From: Mobula hypostoma
Lineage: Eukaryota
DNA length: 64,000 nt
Direction: 5' to 3'
NCBI RefSeq assembly: GCF_963921235.1
Contig: NC_086101.1
Location: 9,736,001-9,800,000, forward strand
Below the pieces are notes generated by a model. It had not been told where the DNA came from. It was given only the letters and a program-made list of their open reading frames with translations, and ran no database searches. Below, in pieces: positions 49,561 through 63,610 of this stretch (within the stretch, counting starts at the first letter, position 1; the number at the start of each line of letters is the position of its first letter). The translations under genes were made by a program, and so were the position numbers.

Positions 49561-51756
49561 ATGTTTGCAATCTCCAAAGTTTAGTGAAATAGGAATTGAC
49601 CCAAGCCCAGTGCGAGTCCAGAGGTCAAAATCCAGGGATCGGCAAGTATGGATCTTGAAGTCTGAAGGTCAAAGACCTAAGTCTGTGAGATTCAGCCAGG
49701 ACTGGAAGTTGGAGGCCTGATGTCTATGAGTTTGAGTGCCTGGGGCCAAGGACTGGTAGTCGGAGGCCTGGAAGTGTCCTGCCCTGGTGTCCTTATGTGT
49801 GGGTGAGTGGGAAATGGGTTTGGTTTTCCGCCTGCCAAAGGGTTTCGGCCCGAAACGTTGACTGTATTTTTTTCCATTGATGCTGCCTGGACTGCTGAGT
49901 TCCTCCAGCGCTTTGTGTGTGTTGCTCGGATTTCCAGCATCTGCAGATTTTCTTTTGTTTGTTTTTCTGTTGCTGCTTTGTTTTGTTGTTGTTTTTCAAG
50001 TGCCGCAGTAGGGTAGCCGTTAGCATGACACTTTACAGCACCAGCAGTCAGAACGTTGGACAACTGGCAAATCTCCCTGTGATTGCGTGGGTTTCCTCCC
50101 ACAGTCCAGAGTCATATGGGTTAGTGGGTAGAGTAGCACGGGCTGTCCCAGAATTTGAAGGTCAATTCCGGCGCCTACTATAAGGAGTCCGAACATCCTC
50201 CCCTTGGAATGTGTGGGTTTTAGGTAAGTGTCCCAGTCCTACAGCACTGACATGAGGAGAAATGCCTTCAAAACACCTTTAGAGCCCTCTGCTGTGGAAG
50301 GATGGTGAGGGCCAGGCCTCGACAATGCTTTCTGGACTGTGAACAACTTGAAGGGGATGGGGGCGGTGGGGGGAGCAGAGGAAGAAAAGTGCATGGAGAT
50401 ACAAGGTTGTCTTTGGTCTTGTTGCCTGCAGAAACCAGTTTGGCATTGGGGGGGGGGGTCGCAAATGGCATGTTTTTTTTTGTCTTTGGATCTTGCCTGC
50501 AGAGAAGATCTGAGCCTACAACCTTGAATGAGTGGCTGACTCACCAAACTCAGGGTTTTCTTTAAAAGATGCAAACTGAAACAGAAGAGGCAGTGGGAAT
50601 TTATAAGATATGGCCCTGAAAGGCACCCATGAAGTTCTCAAAATAACTCTCTCCCTTTTCATAAAGAAAGAACCATTCTTTCGGTTGTTATAGACTGCGG
50701 ACTGTATTCTTGGAACCAGAATCCAAACTGCAAAGTTCTGACTCAAAGGATGCACTGTTATCTTCTGATCTGCTGTTGAGGATCAGCTTGGAGCACAGAA
50801 TGGGGCAGCTGGTGATGTCGATTCATACTATGGGGGCTATCCAGCCAATCATGTCCCTGCTGAACACCAAGTACTTATCTGCACTGGTCCCCCCCACAAA
50901 CTCTTGGTCCTTGAGGAGGAGTTAGAGGTCAGGCCTGGGCTCTGCTCTCAGTGCTCCATGTTCAGATTCCAGCAATGTGGGCAGATGATGAAGGATATCA
51001 CAGGTCCAAGCCTCCATTTGCATTTCAAGGCCAACAATACGGACATGTGAACAAAGGACATCCACAGTTCAGGCCTCTGCTCTGCTCTCATAGGCCAGTG
51101 ATGTGCACAGGTCACAAAGACATCCATGGATGTTGGCCTGACCCAGGTTGGTCGATCCCGGGATTGGATGTCCACACCAACTGGAAGCAAGAGGAGACAA
51201 TGAGGGGGCAGTCACTGGAGTTCAGGGTCCTGTTACTGGCTATTCCAGGAATCATTACCGAAGATTGATTGGAAGTTGAAGCCCAATAGCAGAAGCCTGG
51301 AGACTGGAGGCTGAAGATTGCAGTCCTATACTGGAGTTATAGGTAGGTCTGTGTGTGTGTGTGTGTGGAATGTTCAAAGTTCAATGTACATTTCTTATCA
51401 AAGTACATATATGTCACCATATATAATTATGGATACATTTCCTTGTGGGCATACACATTAAATCCAAGAAGCTCAACTGAATCAATGAAAGACCAGACCC
51501 AACAACATGGACAAAAAACCAATAAGCAAAAGACAATAAACAACAAATGCAAAAGAAAAAAATCATAATAATAATGAATAAACAAGCAATAAATATCGAG
51601 AACAAGAGATGACGAGTCCCTGAAAGTGAGTCCATAGGTTGTGCCAACAGTTCAGTGGAAGGACAAGTGGAGTTGTCCCCTCTGATACAACAGCCTGATG
51701 GTTGAGGGGTAGTAACTGTTCCTGAACCTGGTGGTGTGGGTCCTGAGGCTCCTGAT

Positions 51757-53297
51757 AGAAACATAGAAACATAGAAAATAGGTGCAGGAGTAGGCCATTC
51801 GGCCCTTCGAGCCTGCACCGCCATTTATTATGATCATGGCTGATCATCCAACTCAGAACCCAGCCTTCCCTCCATACCCCCTGACCCCTGTAGCCACAAG
51901 GGCCATATCTAACTTCCTTTTAAACATAGCTAATGAACTGGCCTCAACAGTTTGCTGTGGCAGAGAATTCCACAGATTCACCACTCTCTGTGTGAAGAAG
52001 TTTTTCCTAATCTCGGTCCTAAAAGGCTTCCCCTCTATCCTCAAACTGTGACCCCTCGTTCTGGACCTCCCCAACATCGGGAACAATCTTCCCGCATCTA
52101 GCCTGTCCAATCCCTTTAGAATCTTATACGTTTCAATCAGATCCCCCCTCAATCTTCTAAATTCCAACGAGTACAAGCCCAGTTCATCCAGTCTTTCTTC
52201 ATATGAAAGACCTGCCATCCCAGGAATCAATCTGGTGAACCTTCTTTGTACTCCCTCTATGGCAAAGATGTCTTTCCTCAGATTAGGGGACCAAAACTGC
52301 ACACAATACTCCAGGTGTGGTCTCACCAAGGCCTTGTACAACTGCAGTAGTACCTCCCTGCTCCTGTACTCGAATCCTCTCGCTATAAATGCCAGCATAC
52401 CGTTCGCCTTTTTCACCGCCTGCTGTACCTGCATGCCCACTTTCAATGACTGGTGTATAATGACACCCAGGTCTCGTTGCACCTCCCCTTTTCCTAATCG
52501 GCCACCATTCAGATAATAATCTGTTTTCCTATTTTTGCCACCAAAGTGGATAACTTCACATTTATCCACATTAAATTGCATCTGCCATGAGTTTGCCCAC
52601 TCACCCAACCTATCCAAGTCACCCTGCATCCTCTTAGCATCCTCCTCACTGCTAACACTGCCACCCAGCTTCGTGTCATCCGCATTTAATTCCCTCATCC
52701 AAGTCATTAATATATATTGTAAACAACTGGGGTCCCAGCACTGAGCCTTGCGGTACCCCACTAGTCACCGCCTGCCATTCTGAAAAGGTCCCGTTTATTC
52801 CCACTCTTTGCTTCCTGTCTGCTAACCAATTCTCCACCCACACCAATACCTTACCCCCAATACCGTGTGCTTTAAGTTTGCACACTAATCTCCTGTGTGG
52901 GACCTTGTCAAAAGCCTTTTGAAAATCCAAATATACCACATCCACTGGTTCTCCCCTATCCACTCTACTAGTTACATCCTCAAAAAATTCTATGAGATTC
53001 GTCAGACATGATTTTCCTTTCACAAATCCATGCTGACTTTGTCCAATCATTTCACCGCTTTCCAAATGTGCTGTTATCACATCCTTGATAACTGACTCCA
53101 GCAGTTTCCCCACCACCGACGTTAGGCTAACCGGCCTATAATTCCCCGGTTTCTCTCTCCCTCCTTTTTTAAAAAGTGGGGTTACATTAGCCACCCTCCA
53201 ATCCTCAGGAACTAGTCCAGAATCTGACGAGTTTTGAAAAATTATCACTAATGCATCCACTATTTCTTGGGCTACTTCCTTAAGCATTCTGGGATGA
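51757..53297 (-). mobile_element. Young 5'-truncated CR1 (RT region), same subfamily as 3035-5568
   Basis: Nearly identical peptides and DNA to 4000-5560. A 17-nt deletion between TGC microhomologies near 52683 causes a frameshift. Confidence 0.95.
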
Positions 53298-56200
53298 TGG
53301 CAGCAGTGAGAAGAGAGCATGTCCTGGGTGGAAGTGGGGTTTGTTTTGCTGTTGTTTTGTTGTTTCTTGTGTTCAGTGGGCATGTTATGTCGGTGGTGGA
53401 ATGTGTGGTGACACTTGCAGGTGCCCCTGCACACCCATAGGTTGCCTTGTTTGTCAGCACAAAACAACACATTTCACTGGATGTTGCACAGGATGAATAA
53501 ATGAGTCAGAACCCGAGCCTGAGTAGCCGTGGTGATTCAAGTGCTCATATAGATAGCTGCGTCCTTATACATTGCGGTTCTGTGGGTAGCTCATTTGCCT
53601 CTGAAACAGAACGTTGTGAGTGTGAGTTCTGCACTGGAGGTCTGAGCCCAAGGCTCAGGGCTTGCACTCCAGAGCAGAACTGTGTGAGAGGTGTTTGCTG
53701 GGGGTAAAAAACAGTGGTTTAATAAGATCTGGAAGACAAGCAAAATTGTTCTCTCTAATTCTAGGGTGACGAGGGAGCATAGTGGTTAGCATTTTTGTAC
53801 TACAGTACCAGCAGCTGGGTTCAGTTCCTGCCACTGTTTGTAAGGAGTTTGTACGTTCTCCCCGTAGCTGTGTGGGTTTCCTCCAGGTCCACCAGCTTCC
53901 TCCCTCTGACTAAACATCTACGAGTTCATAGGGTAATTGGTCACATGGGTGTGACTGGGTGGAGCATCGTCTTTTCCACTTCAACTCTGCTTCCTACTCC
54001 CATTCAGATATGTCCATACATGGCCTCCTCTACTGCCATGATGAGGCTAAACCCAGGTTGGAGGAGCAACAGCTCATATACTGTCTAGGTAATCTCCAGC
54101 CCCTTGGTATGAACATCGAAATCTCCAACTTCCGGTAATTCCCTCCTCCTCCCGTCCCCCATCCCAGTTTCACTCTGCCCCCTCCCCCAGCTGCCTACTA
54201 CCTCCCTCATGGTTCCGCCTCCTTCTACTACCCGTTGTGTTTTCCCCTATTCCTTCTTCACCTTTCCTGCCTATCACCTCCCTGCTTCCCCTCCCGCACC
54301 CCTTTATCTTTCTCTTTACTGGTTTTTCACCTGATACCTACCAGCCTTCTCCTTCCCACCCTCCCCCCACCTTCTTTATAGGGCCTCTGCCCTTTCCCTC
54401 TTCAGTCCTGAGGGAGGGTTCCGGCCTGAAACGTTGACTGATCGTTTCCACGGATGCTGCCCGACTTGCTGAGTTCCTCCAGTGTTGTGAGTGTTGCTTT
54501 GACCCCAGCATCTACAGAGTATTTTGTGTCTTTTTTTCTTTCAAGGTTAGAAGGTTTATTGATCACATGGGGAGTTCAGAGTAGTGGTGAGTGCAGTTGC
54601 ACCGGAAGGGCAGTTATAGTCTAAAAAAAAGATATACTGTGGATTCATAGCGTCACACAGCTCAGATAAAGTCCCTTCAGCAATATCTGTCCATGCTAAC
54701 TACAGCGTTCACTGGGTCAATCCCATTTACCCATGTTTGGCCATATCCCTCTGACCCTTTCCTATCCATCTACCTCGCCCAAATGTCTGTAACATGCTGT
54801 TACTGTATCTGCCTAAACCATATCCTTTGTCAGCTCATTCCATATATGCAAGGAAGTTGCATCAGGTCCCTTTTAAATCTTTCCCTTCTCACCTTAAATC
54901 TATGCCCTCTGGTTTTTGATCCCCAACCCTGTGGCATTGGTGCCCCTGGTGATTTTATACATCTTTATAAGGTCACCCATCGAAGTTGGAAGTTCAAACT
55001 TCAAAGTTTAAAGTAAATTTATAATCAAAGTATATGTTACTAAATACAACTTTGAGATTACTTTCCTTGCAAGCATTTGCAGGAAAAAAGAAATACTATA
55101 GAATTGTTCAAAAATAAACAAAGACTGACAAACAACCAATGTGTAGGAAAAGACGATCTGTACAAAATAATACTGAGAATATGAGTTGTGAGTCAGTAGG
55201 GCATAGAATAATTTCAGAACAGTAATGAGTGAAGTTATCCTGATGTTTCTAGGGTAATAACTGATCCAGAACCTGCTGGTGTGGGACCTAAGGCCTGGTA
55301 CAGTAGCAAGAGGAGAGCGTAGACAGGATAGTGGGGGTCTTTGATGATGGATGCTGCTTCCTTGTGGTATGTTCCTTGTAAATGTACTCAATGGTGGGGA
55401 GGGCCTTGTCTGTGGTGGACGAGGCTGTGGCCACCACTTTCTGTAGACCACTTCGTTCCCGGACATTGGTATTTCCATACCAGGCTCTGATTCATCCAGT
55501 CTTATTTCTCCTTCCAAATCACATTCCCCGAGCCCGAGAAATTGAGTTCAGAGTGCAGCAGGCACAGTTATATTGAAGGATGGGGCAGTCTCGAAGGGCT
55601 GAATAGCTGACTCCTGCTTCAATTTTCCTGTGCTAACATTTACTAGGGTTACTTTCAGTCTGCCCACGTTACCCACTTGTCTTCCTGTATCTTCCTGTAA
55701 CCGATGGCTATACTTACTCTTTTGATTCATCTGTCAACTCTCTGATCATATCTGCTACTGTAAATTCACATTCAAGTGAGTCACAGCACCCATACCTGTG
55801 GTACACCACTGCTCAGAGGTTCCCAGCCTTCACCCTTCACTCTCTGCCTTCTATTCCCCAGACCCACTTAGGATCCAGTGAAACAACTTGCTGAGCCGTG
55901 CCGAAGAATTTCGGCCTGAAACGTTGATGGTACTCTTTTCCATAAGTGCTGTCTGACCTGCTGAGTTCATCCAGCATTTTGTGCATATTTATGGATCCTA
56001 TTGGTTGGACCCTTTCAGATTTACTCAGCATGCCCACAAGGTAATAAACTTACTTTGAACACTAGGACCACTTTGCGCTATAATGGACCACACTTTTTTG
56101 TTCTAATTGTGTTTCTTTTCTTGTGTGTTTTGATATAAGCTATGGTTCATTTCCTCCAAGAGAACCACAATCTTGTCATAGGGTTTGGAGGCTTGTGTTC

Positions 56201-58376
56201 CTCAGTAACCCAGAGAGCCATGTTGGCTGGAGTCGGGCTTTATGCTTTGGCTCTTGGTGGGGTCACCCAAGTCAAAGAGATAAAAGTGTAGAGGCCAGAC
56301 TAAAAGCGGTTCACCGGTCCTACAGGTTTGGGGTTCAGCTCAGGGCTAACAACTCTGACTAGTAAAACAAAATTGTTATGGAAATAGTAATGAAGAGTCC
56401 TTCTACATCTGAGTGTGACAGTATTCCTGAGACTCCACCCGGAGCGTGCATGACTGACAGTAGTGAAAACCAAGAGGAAGCTACTGACATGATAAAGGAA
56501 GCCCTGAACACCACCAGAGATGGAAAGCCTTCGCTGTTGCCCTAAACGCCAGCGGCATAATGGGTAGTAAGTAATTAAGATGGTTCACTTGTGTAAGTTG
56601 TGTATCTGGAGAGCCTGTACTGTGCTGTAATGTTAAATTGTGAGTATGTTTTTTTATGAATGCTGTGTCTCTAATGCGCTGTGGCTGTGATGCTACTGCA
56701 GACAAGCTTCTCATTGCACCTGTGAACAGGCAAGAAACTCGACAATCTTACTGAATAAACAGGAGCCCATCGGTTAGGATTTACAATAGTACAGCGTTTG
56801 AACAGGTCTTCGTTCTGCCAAACCAATTAAATCAGTATCACCTGATCCCTTTCATCTGTGCATGGTCCACATCTTGCTAGTCTCCGTGCATATCTAATAA
56901 CCCCTCTTCTTCTTTCTTTTTCCATTCCCCATTCCGGTTCCCCTCTCATCTGTTCTCTTCCCCTCCCACCTGCTTTCTTCCCCTCCCCTGCCCTCATGGC
57001 CTACCCATCTGGTTTCCCACCTCCTTCCCTTTCTACCACAGTCCACTGTCCTCACCTGTTAATTCCTTCTTCTTCAGCCCTTTTACTTCTTCCACCCTCT
57101 AACTCCCTGTTTCTCACATCATCCGCCCTTTTCCCCACCCACCTGCCATGCTGCCCACCTATCACCTCCTCCCTCTCCCCCCACCTTCTTATTCTGGCTT
57201 CTGCCCCCTTCCTTTCCAACCTGGATGAAGGGTCTTGGCGGGAAACATCGACTGTTTATTCCGTAGATGCTGCCTGGCCTGATGAGTTTCTCCAGTGTTT
57301 TTTTGTGTGTCCCTTTACCTGAAATTAATGAAACATTTCAATCCCTGGGAAAAAGATTTCTGCTCCTGATTCCTGTTACTAATCCCCTTGGGACAGTAAG
57401 GAGAGACCACTGTAATCAAACTTCCTGTTTATTACTGAATTCTGACATCACTGGAGTTGGTGGAAGTGGTTAGGCCCAGAGATGGGGACGGCAGCAGAGA
57501 CAATAAGTACATGTTACCGTGGTAACTCACCACAAACCCATCATTATCTAAAGATATGCACCTTTCTGCCTACCGTTCAGTCTAAGGGATTTTTTCTGTT
57601 AACATTGCTTCAGTGTAAACATTGATAGGGGTGTGTTTCATCACACTGACACAGGAGCCAAGTCCTTACAGACGATTTGTACAGTTGGTGAAAATTCCTG
57701 GAAGTGTGAAACAGAATGAGATTGCGTATGTAGGTGTGAAGTGGAGTTTTTCAAAATTCACAGCAAAGGCATCTCAAGACTATATTTAGCAAGTTTAGCA
57801 GAAATTAAGATTATAGCAGTTCTAAGCACAGATGCTATCTTATAAATTCAATTTGGAAAGATTTGAAAGGATAAAAAGGAGATATGGATGAGCGATTAAA
57901 CGTGTAATGAGATGGTCCCTCTGTGGTACACAGGGCAGTTTACCAAATAAAACGAACTGGCAGAAGCCACAAAAGATTCTGGAAAACAGAGCAACACACC
58001 AAAATGCTGAAGGAACCCATCAGGCCAGGCAGCATCTATGGAGGAGGAAAAAACAGTCAGCTTTCTCCTCACTTCATTTTGTTTAGATATACAGTGCTGA
58101 ACAAGCCCTTCTGGCCCTTTGAGCCGTGCTGCCCAGCATCCCAATGGTTTACACCCAGCCTAATCACTGGACAATTCACAACATACCTATGTCTTTGTAC
58201 TGTGGAGACCTTATTTCACATTCTGTTATTGTTTTAGTTTATACCACCTCAATGCACTGTGTTGTGATTTTTCTATCTATTTTTTTTAAGAGATCCCACA
58301 CGGCAACAGGACCTTCTGGCCAAAAGTGCCTGCACTGTCCAATTATACCCATGTGACCAATTAGCCTATTAACCAA

Positions 58377-61300
58377 GGGGGACCAATATCCTGGCAGGGA
58401 GGTGTGTGAAGGCTATTGGGGAGAGTTTAAACTAGAATTGCTGGGGGGTTGGAACCGAAATGAAGAGACGGAGGAAGGGGCAGTTGGCTACAAATAGAGA
58501 AAGCTTGTAGACAGTACGAGAGGGAGGAGAGGCAGCTGATAGAGCAGGCACGCGCTCAGACTGATGGTTTGAGAGGTGTCTATTTTAATACAAGAAACAT
58601 CATGAACAAAGTGGATGAGCTTGGAGTCTGGATCAGTACTTGGAGCTATGATGTTGTGGCCATTGCAGAGACTTGGATGGCTCAGGGGCAGGAATTGTTA
58701 CTTAGAGTGCCAGGCTTTAGATGTTCCAGAAAGGACAGGGAGGGTGGCAAAAGAGGTGGGGGTGTGGCACTGCTGATCAGAAATAATGCTACGGCAGCAG
58801 AAAAGGAGGAAATCATGGAGGGATTGTCTACTGAGTGCCTCTGGGTGGAATTTAGAAACGGGAAGGGGTCAATAACTGGGTGTTTTTTATACACTACTCA
58901 ATAGTAACAGGAGCTTCGAGGAGCAGATAGGGAGACAGATTCTGGAAAGGTGTAACAATAATAACAGGGTTGTCGTGGTGGGAGATGTTAATTTCCCCAA
59001 TATTGATTAGCATCTCCCTAGAGTGAGGGGTTTAGATGGGGAGGAGTTTGTTAGGTGTGTTCAGGAAGGTTTCTTGACACAATATGTAGATAAGCCTACA
59101 AGAGGAGAGGCTGTACTTGATCTGGTATTGGGAAATGAACCTGCTCTGCTGTCAGGTTTTTCAGTAGGAGAGCATTTTGGAGATAGTGATCACAATTCCA
59201 TAGCAGTGGAGAGGGATAGAAATAGACAATAGACAGTAGGTGCAGGAGTAGGCCATTCAGCCCTTTGAGCCAGCACCACTGTTCACTGTGATCATGGCTG
59301 ATCATCCACAATCAGTACCCTTTTCCTGCCTTCTCCCCACATCCCTTGACTCCACTATCTTTAAGAGCTCTATCTAACTCTTTTTTGAAAGAATCCAGAG
59401 AATTGGCCTCCACTGCCTTCTGAGGCAGAGCATTCCACAGAACCACAACCCTCTGTGTGAAAAAGTTTTTCCGCAACTCAGTTCTGAATTGTCTACCCCT
59501 TATTCTTAGACTGTGGCCTCTAGTTCTGGACTCCCCCAACATCGGGAACATGTTTCCTGCCTCTAGCATTTCCAATCCCTTAATAATCTTATATGTTTCA
59601 ATCAGATCCCCTCTCATCCTAAATTCCAGTGTATACAACGCCATTCGCTCCAATCTTTCAACATATGACAGTCCCACTATCCCGGGGATTAACCTCGTGA
59701 ACCTACGCTGCACTCCCTCAATAGCTAGAATGTCCTTCCTCAAATTGGGTGACCAAAACTGTACACAATACTCCAGGTGTGGTTTCACCAGGGCCCTGTA
59801 CAACTGCAGAAGGACCTCTTTGCTCCTATACTCAACTCCCCTTGTTATGAAGGCCAGCATGCCAGTAGCTTTCTTCACTACCTGCTGTGCCTGCATGTTT
59901 GCTTTCAGTGACTGATGAACAAGAACACCTAGATCTCGTTGTACTTCCCCATTTCCTAACTTAACACCATTCAGATAGTAATCTGCCTTCCTGTTCTTGC
60001 CACCAAAGTGGATAAACTCACATTTATCCACATTAAACTGCATCTGCCCACTCACCCAGCCTGTCCAAGTCACCCTGCATTCTCATAACACCCTCCTCAC
60101 ATTTCACACTGCCACCCAGCTTTGTGTCATCTGCAAATTTGCTAATGTTACTTGTAATCCCTTCATCTAAATCATTAATGTATATTGTAAATAGCTGTGG
60201 TCCCAGCACCGAGCCTTGTGGTACCCCACTAGTCACTGCCTGCCATTCTGAAAAGGACACACTAATCCCTACTCTTTGTTTCCTGTCTGCAAACCAATTT
60301 TCAATCCATGTCAGTACCCTACCCTCAATACCATTTGCTCTAATTTTGCACACTAACCTCCTATGTGGGACTTTATCAAAGGCTCTCTGAAAGTCCGGGT
60401 ACACTACATCCACTGGCTTTTCCATGTCCATTTTCATAGTTACATCCTCAAAAAATTCCAGAAGATTAGTCAAGCATGATTTCCCCTTCATAAATCCATG
60501 CGACTGGGACCTATCCTGCCACTGCTATCCAAATATGCCGCTATTACATCTTTTATAATTGATTCCAGCATCTTCCCCACCACTGATGTCAGACTAACTG
60601 GTCTATAATTGCCTGTTTTCTCTCTCCCTCCTTTCTTAAAAAGTGGGATAACATTAGCTACCCTCCAATCCACAGGAACTGATCCTGAATCTATGGGACA
60701 TTGGAAAATGATTACCAATGCGTCCACGATTTCTAGAACCACCTCCTTAAGTACCCTGGGATGCAGACCATCAGGCCCTGGGGATTTATCAACCTTCAGT
60801 CCCAACAGTTTACCCAACACCATTTTGTGCCTGATCGGAATTTCCTTCAGTTCCTCTGTTACCCTAGATCCTCTGGCCACTATTACATCTGGAGATTGTT
60901 TGTGTTCTCCCTAGCGAAGACAGATCCAAATTACCTGTTCAGCTCATCTGCCATTTCCTTGTTCCCCATAATAATTTCACCCGTTTCTGTCTTCAAGGGC
61001 CCAACTTTGGTCTTAACTAATTTTTTCCTCTTCACATCACAAGATCACAAGACAAAGGAGCAGAAATAGGCCATTCGGCCCATCGAGTCTGCTCCGCAGC
61101 TCCCCCATGAGCTAAACTATTCACCCATCTAGTTCCAATTTCCGGCTTTTTCCCCATATCCCTTGATACCCTGACTAATTAGATACCTGTCAATCTCCTC
61201 CTTAAACACCCTCAATGATCGGGCCTCCACAGTCATATGTGGCAACGAATTCCACAAATCCATGACCCTCTGGCTAAAAAAATTTCTCCTCATCTCTGTT

Positions 61301-63610
61301 TTAACTGGGTACCCTCTAATTCTAAGACTTTGGCCTCTTGTCCTCTACTCACCCACCAAGGGAAACAACCTTTCCACATCTACTCTGTCCAACCCTTTCA
61401 ACATTCGAAACGTTTCTATGAGATTCCCTCTCATTCTTTTATACTCTAATGAATACAATCCAAGAGCTGACAGACGCTCCTCATATGTTAGCCCCTGCAT
61501 TCCAGGAATCAGCCTCGTAAATCTTCTCTGAACTCTCTCCAACATCAGTATATTCTTTCTAAGATAAAGGGCCCAAAACTGCACACAGCATTCCAAATGA
61601 GGTCTCACTAATGCCCCATAGAGCCTCATCAACACCTCCTTACTCTTATACACTATTCCTCTTGAAATGAATGCCAACATAGCATTCACTTTCCTTACCG
61701 CCGATCCAACTTGGTGGTTAACCTTTAGGGTATCCTGCACGAGGACCCCCAAGTCCCTTTGCATTTCCGATTTTTGAATTTTCTTCCCATCTAAACAATA
61801 ATCTGCCCGATTATTTCTTCTTCCAAAATGTACAATTGTACCTTTGTCACATACCTAAAGAAGCTTTTACTATCCTCCTTTATATTTTTGGCTGGCTTAC
61901 CTTTGTACCTCATCTTTTCCCCCCGTATTGCCTTTATAGTTATCTTCTGTTGCTCCTTAAAAGTCTCCCAATCCGCTGGCTTCCCACTCATACTTGCTAT
62001 GTTATACTTCCTCTCTTTTATTTTTATACTGTCCTTGACTTCCCTTGTCATCCACAGTCGCCCCTTACTCCCCTTAGAACCTTTCTTCCTCTTTGGAATG
62101 AACTGATCCTGCACCTTCTGTATTATTCCCAGAAATACCTGCCATCTTCACATCATCAATGAGGATGGGAGAGGTTCCAGAGGATTGGAGGGTTGCGGAT
62201 GTTGTTCCCTTATTCAAGAAAAGAAGTAGAGATAGTCCAGGAAATTATAGACCAGTGAGTCTTACTTCAGTGGTTGATAAGTTGATGGAAAAGATCCTGA
62301 TAGGCAGGATTTATGAACATTTGGAGAGGCATAATATGATTAGGAGTTAGTCAGCATGGCTTTGTCAAAGGCAGGTCGTGCCTTATGAGCCTGATTGAAT
62401 TTTTTGAGGATGTGGCTAAGCACATTGATGAAGGTAGAGCAGTAGATGTAGTGTATATGGATTTCAGCAAGGCATTTAACAAGGTACCCCCATGCAAGGC
62501 TTATTGAGAAAGTAGGGAGTCATGGGATCCAGGGGACCTTGCTTTATGGATCCAGAATTGGCTTGCCTACAGAAGGAAAAGAGTGGTTGTAGAAGGGTCA
62601 TATTCTGCATGGAGGTCGTTGACCAGTGGTGTGCCTCAGGGATCTGTTCTGGAGCCCCTTCTCTTCATGATTTTCATAAGTGGAGGGATGGGTTAGTAAA
62701 TTTGCTGATGACACGAAGGTTGGGGGTGTTGCGGATAGTGTGGAGAGCTGTCAGAGGTTACAATGGGACATTGATAGGATGCAAAACTGAGCTGAGAAGT
62801 GGCAGACAGAGTTCAACCCAGATAAGTGTGAGGTGGTTCATTTTGGTTGGTCAAATATGATGGCTGAATATAGCATTAATGGTAAGGCTCTTGGCAGTGT
62901 GGAGGATTAGAGGGATCTTGGGGTCCGAGTCCATAGGACACTCAAAGCTGCTGCCTAGGTTGACTCTGTGATTAAGAAGTCATATGGTGCTTTGGCCTTC
63001 ATGAACCACGGGATTGAGTTTAGAGCCGAGAGGTAACGTTGCAGCTATACAGGACCCTGGTCAGATCCCACCTGGAGTACTGTGCTCAGTTCTGTTCACC
63101 TCACTACATGAAGAATGTGGAAACTATGGAAAGGGTGCAGAGGAGATTTACAAGGGTGTTGCCTGAATTGGGGAGCATGCTTTATGAGAATAAGTTGAGT
63201 GAACTCGGCCTTTTCTCCTTGGAGCGGCGGAGGATGAGAGGTCACCTCATAGAGTTGCATAATATGATGGGAGGCATTGATCATGAGGATTGTCAGAGGC
63301 TTTTTCCCAGGACTGAAATGGTTAACAGAAGAAGGCACAGTTTTAAGGTGCTTGGAAGTAGGTGCAGAGGAGATGTCAGGGGTAAGTTTTTTACACAGAG
63401 AGTGGTGAGTGCATGTAATGGGCTGCCAGTGACGGTGGTGGAAGCGGATACGATAGGGTCTTTTAGGAGACTCCTGGATAGGTACATGGAGCTTAGAAAA
63501 AGAGAGGGCTATGGGTAACCCTAGATAATCTCTAAAGTAAGTACATGTTTGGCACAGCATTGTGGGCTGAAGGGCCTGTATTGTGCTGTAGGTTTTCTAT
63601 GTTTCTATGA
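58377..63610. mobile_element. Three-level nested CR1 cluster
   Basis: A plus-strand CR1 (about 58377-59220 and 62150-63610) is interrupted by a minus-strand CR1 (about 59220-62150). That element is itself interrupted by a minus-strand CR1 (61038-61846) flanked by TCACAT at 61032-61037 and 61847-61852. Confidence 0.85.
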
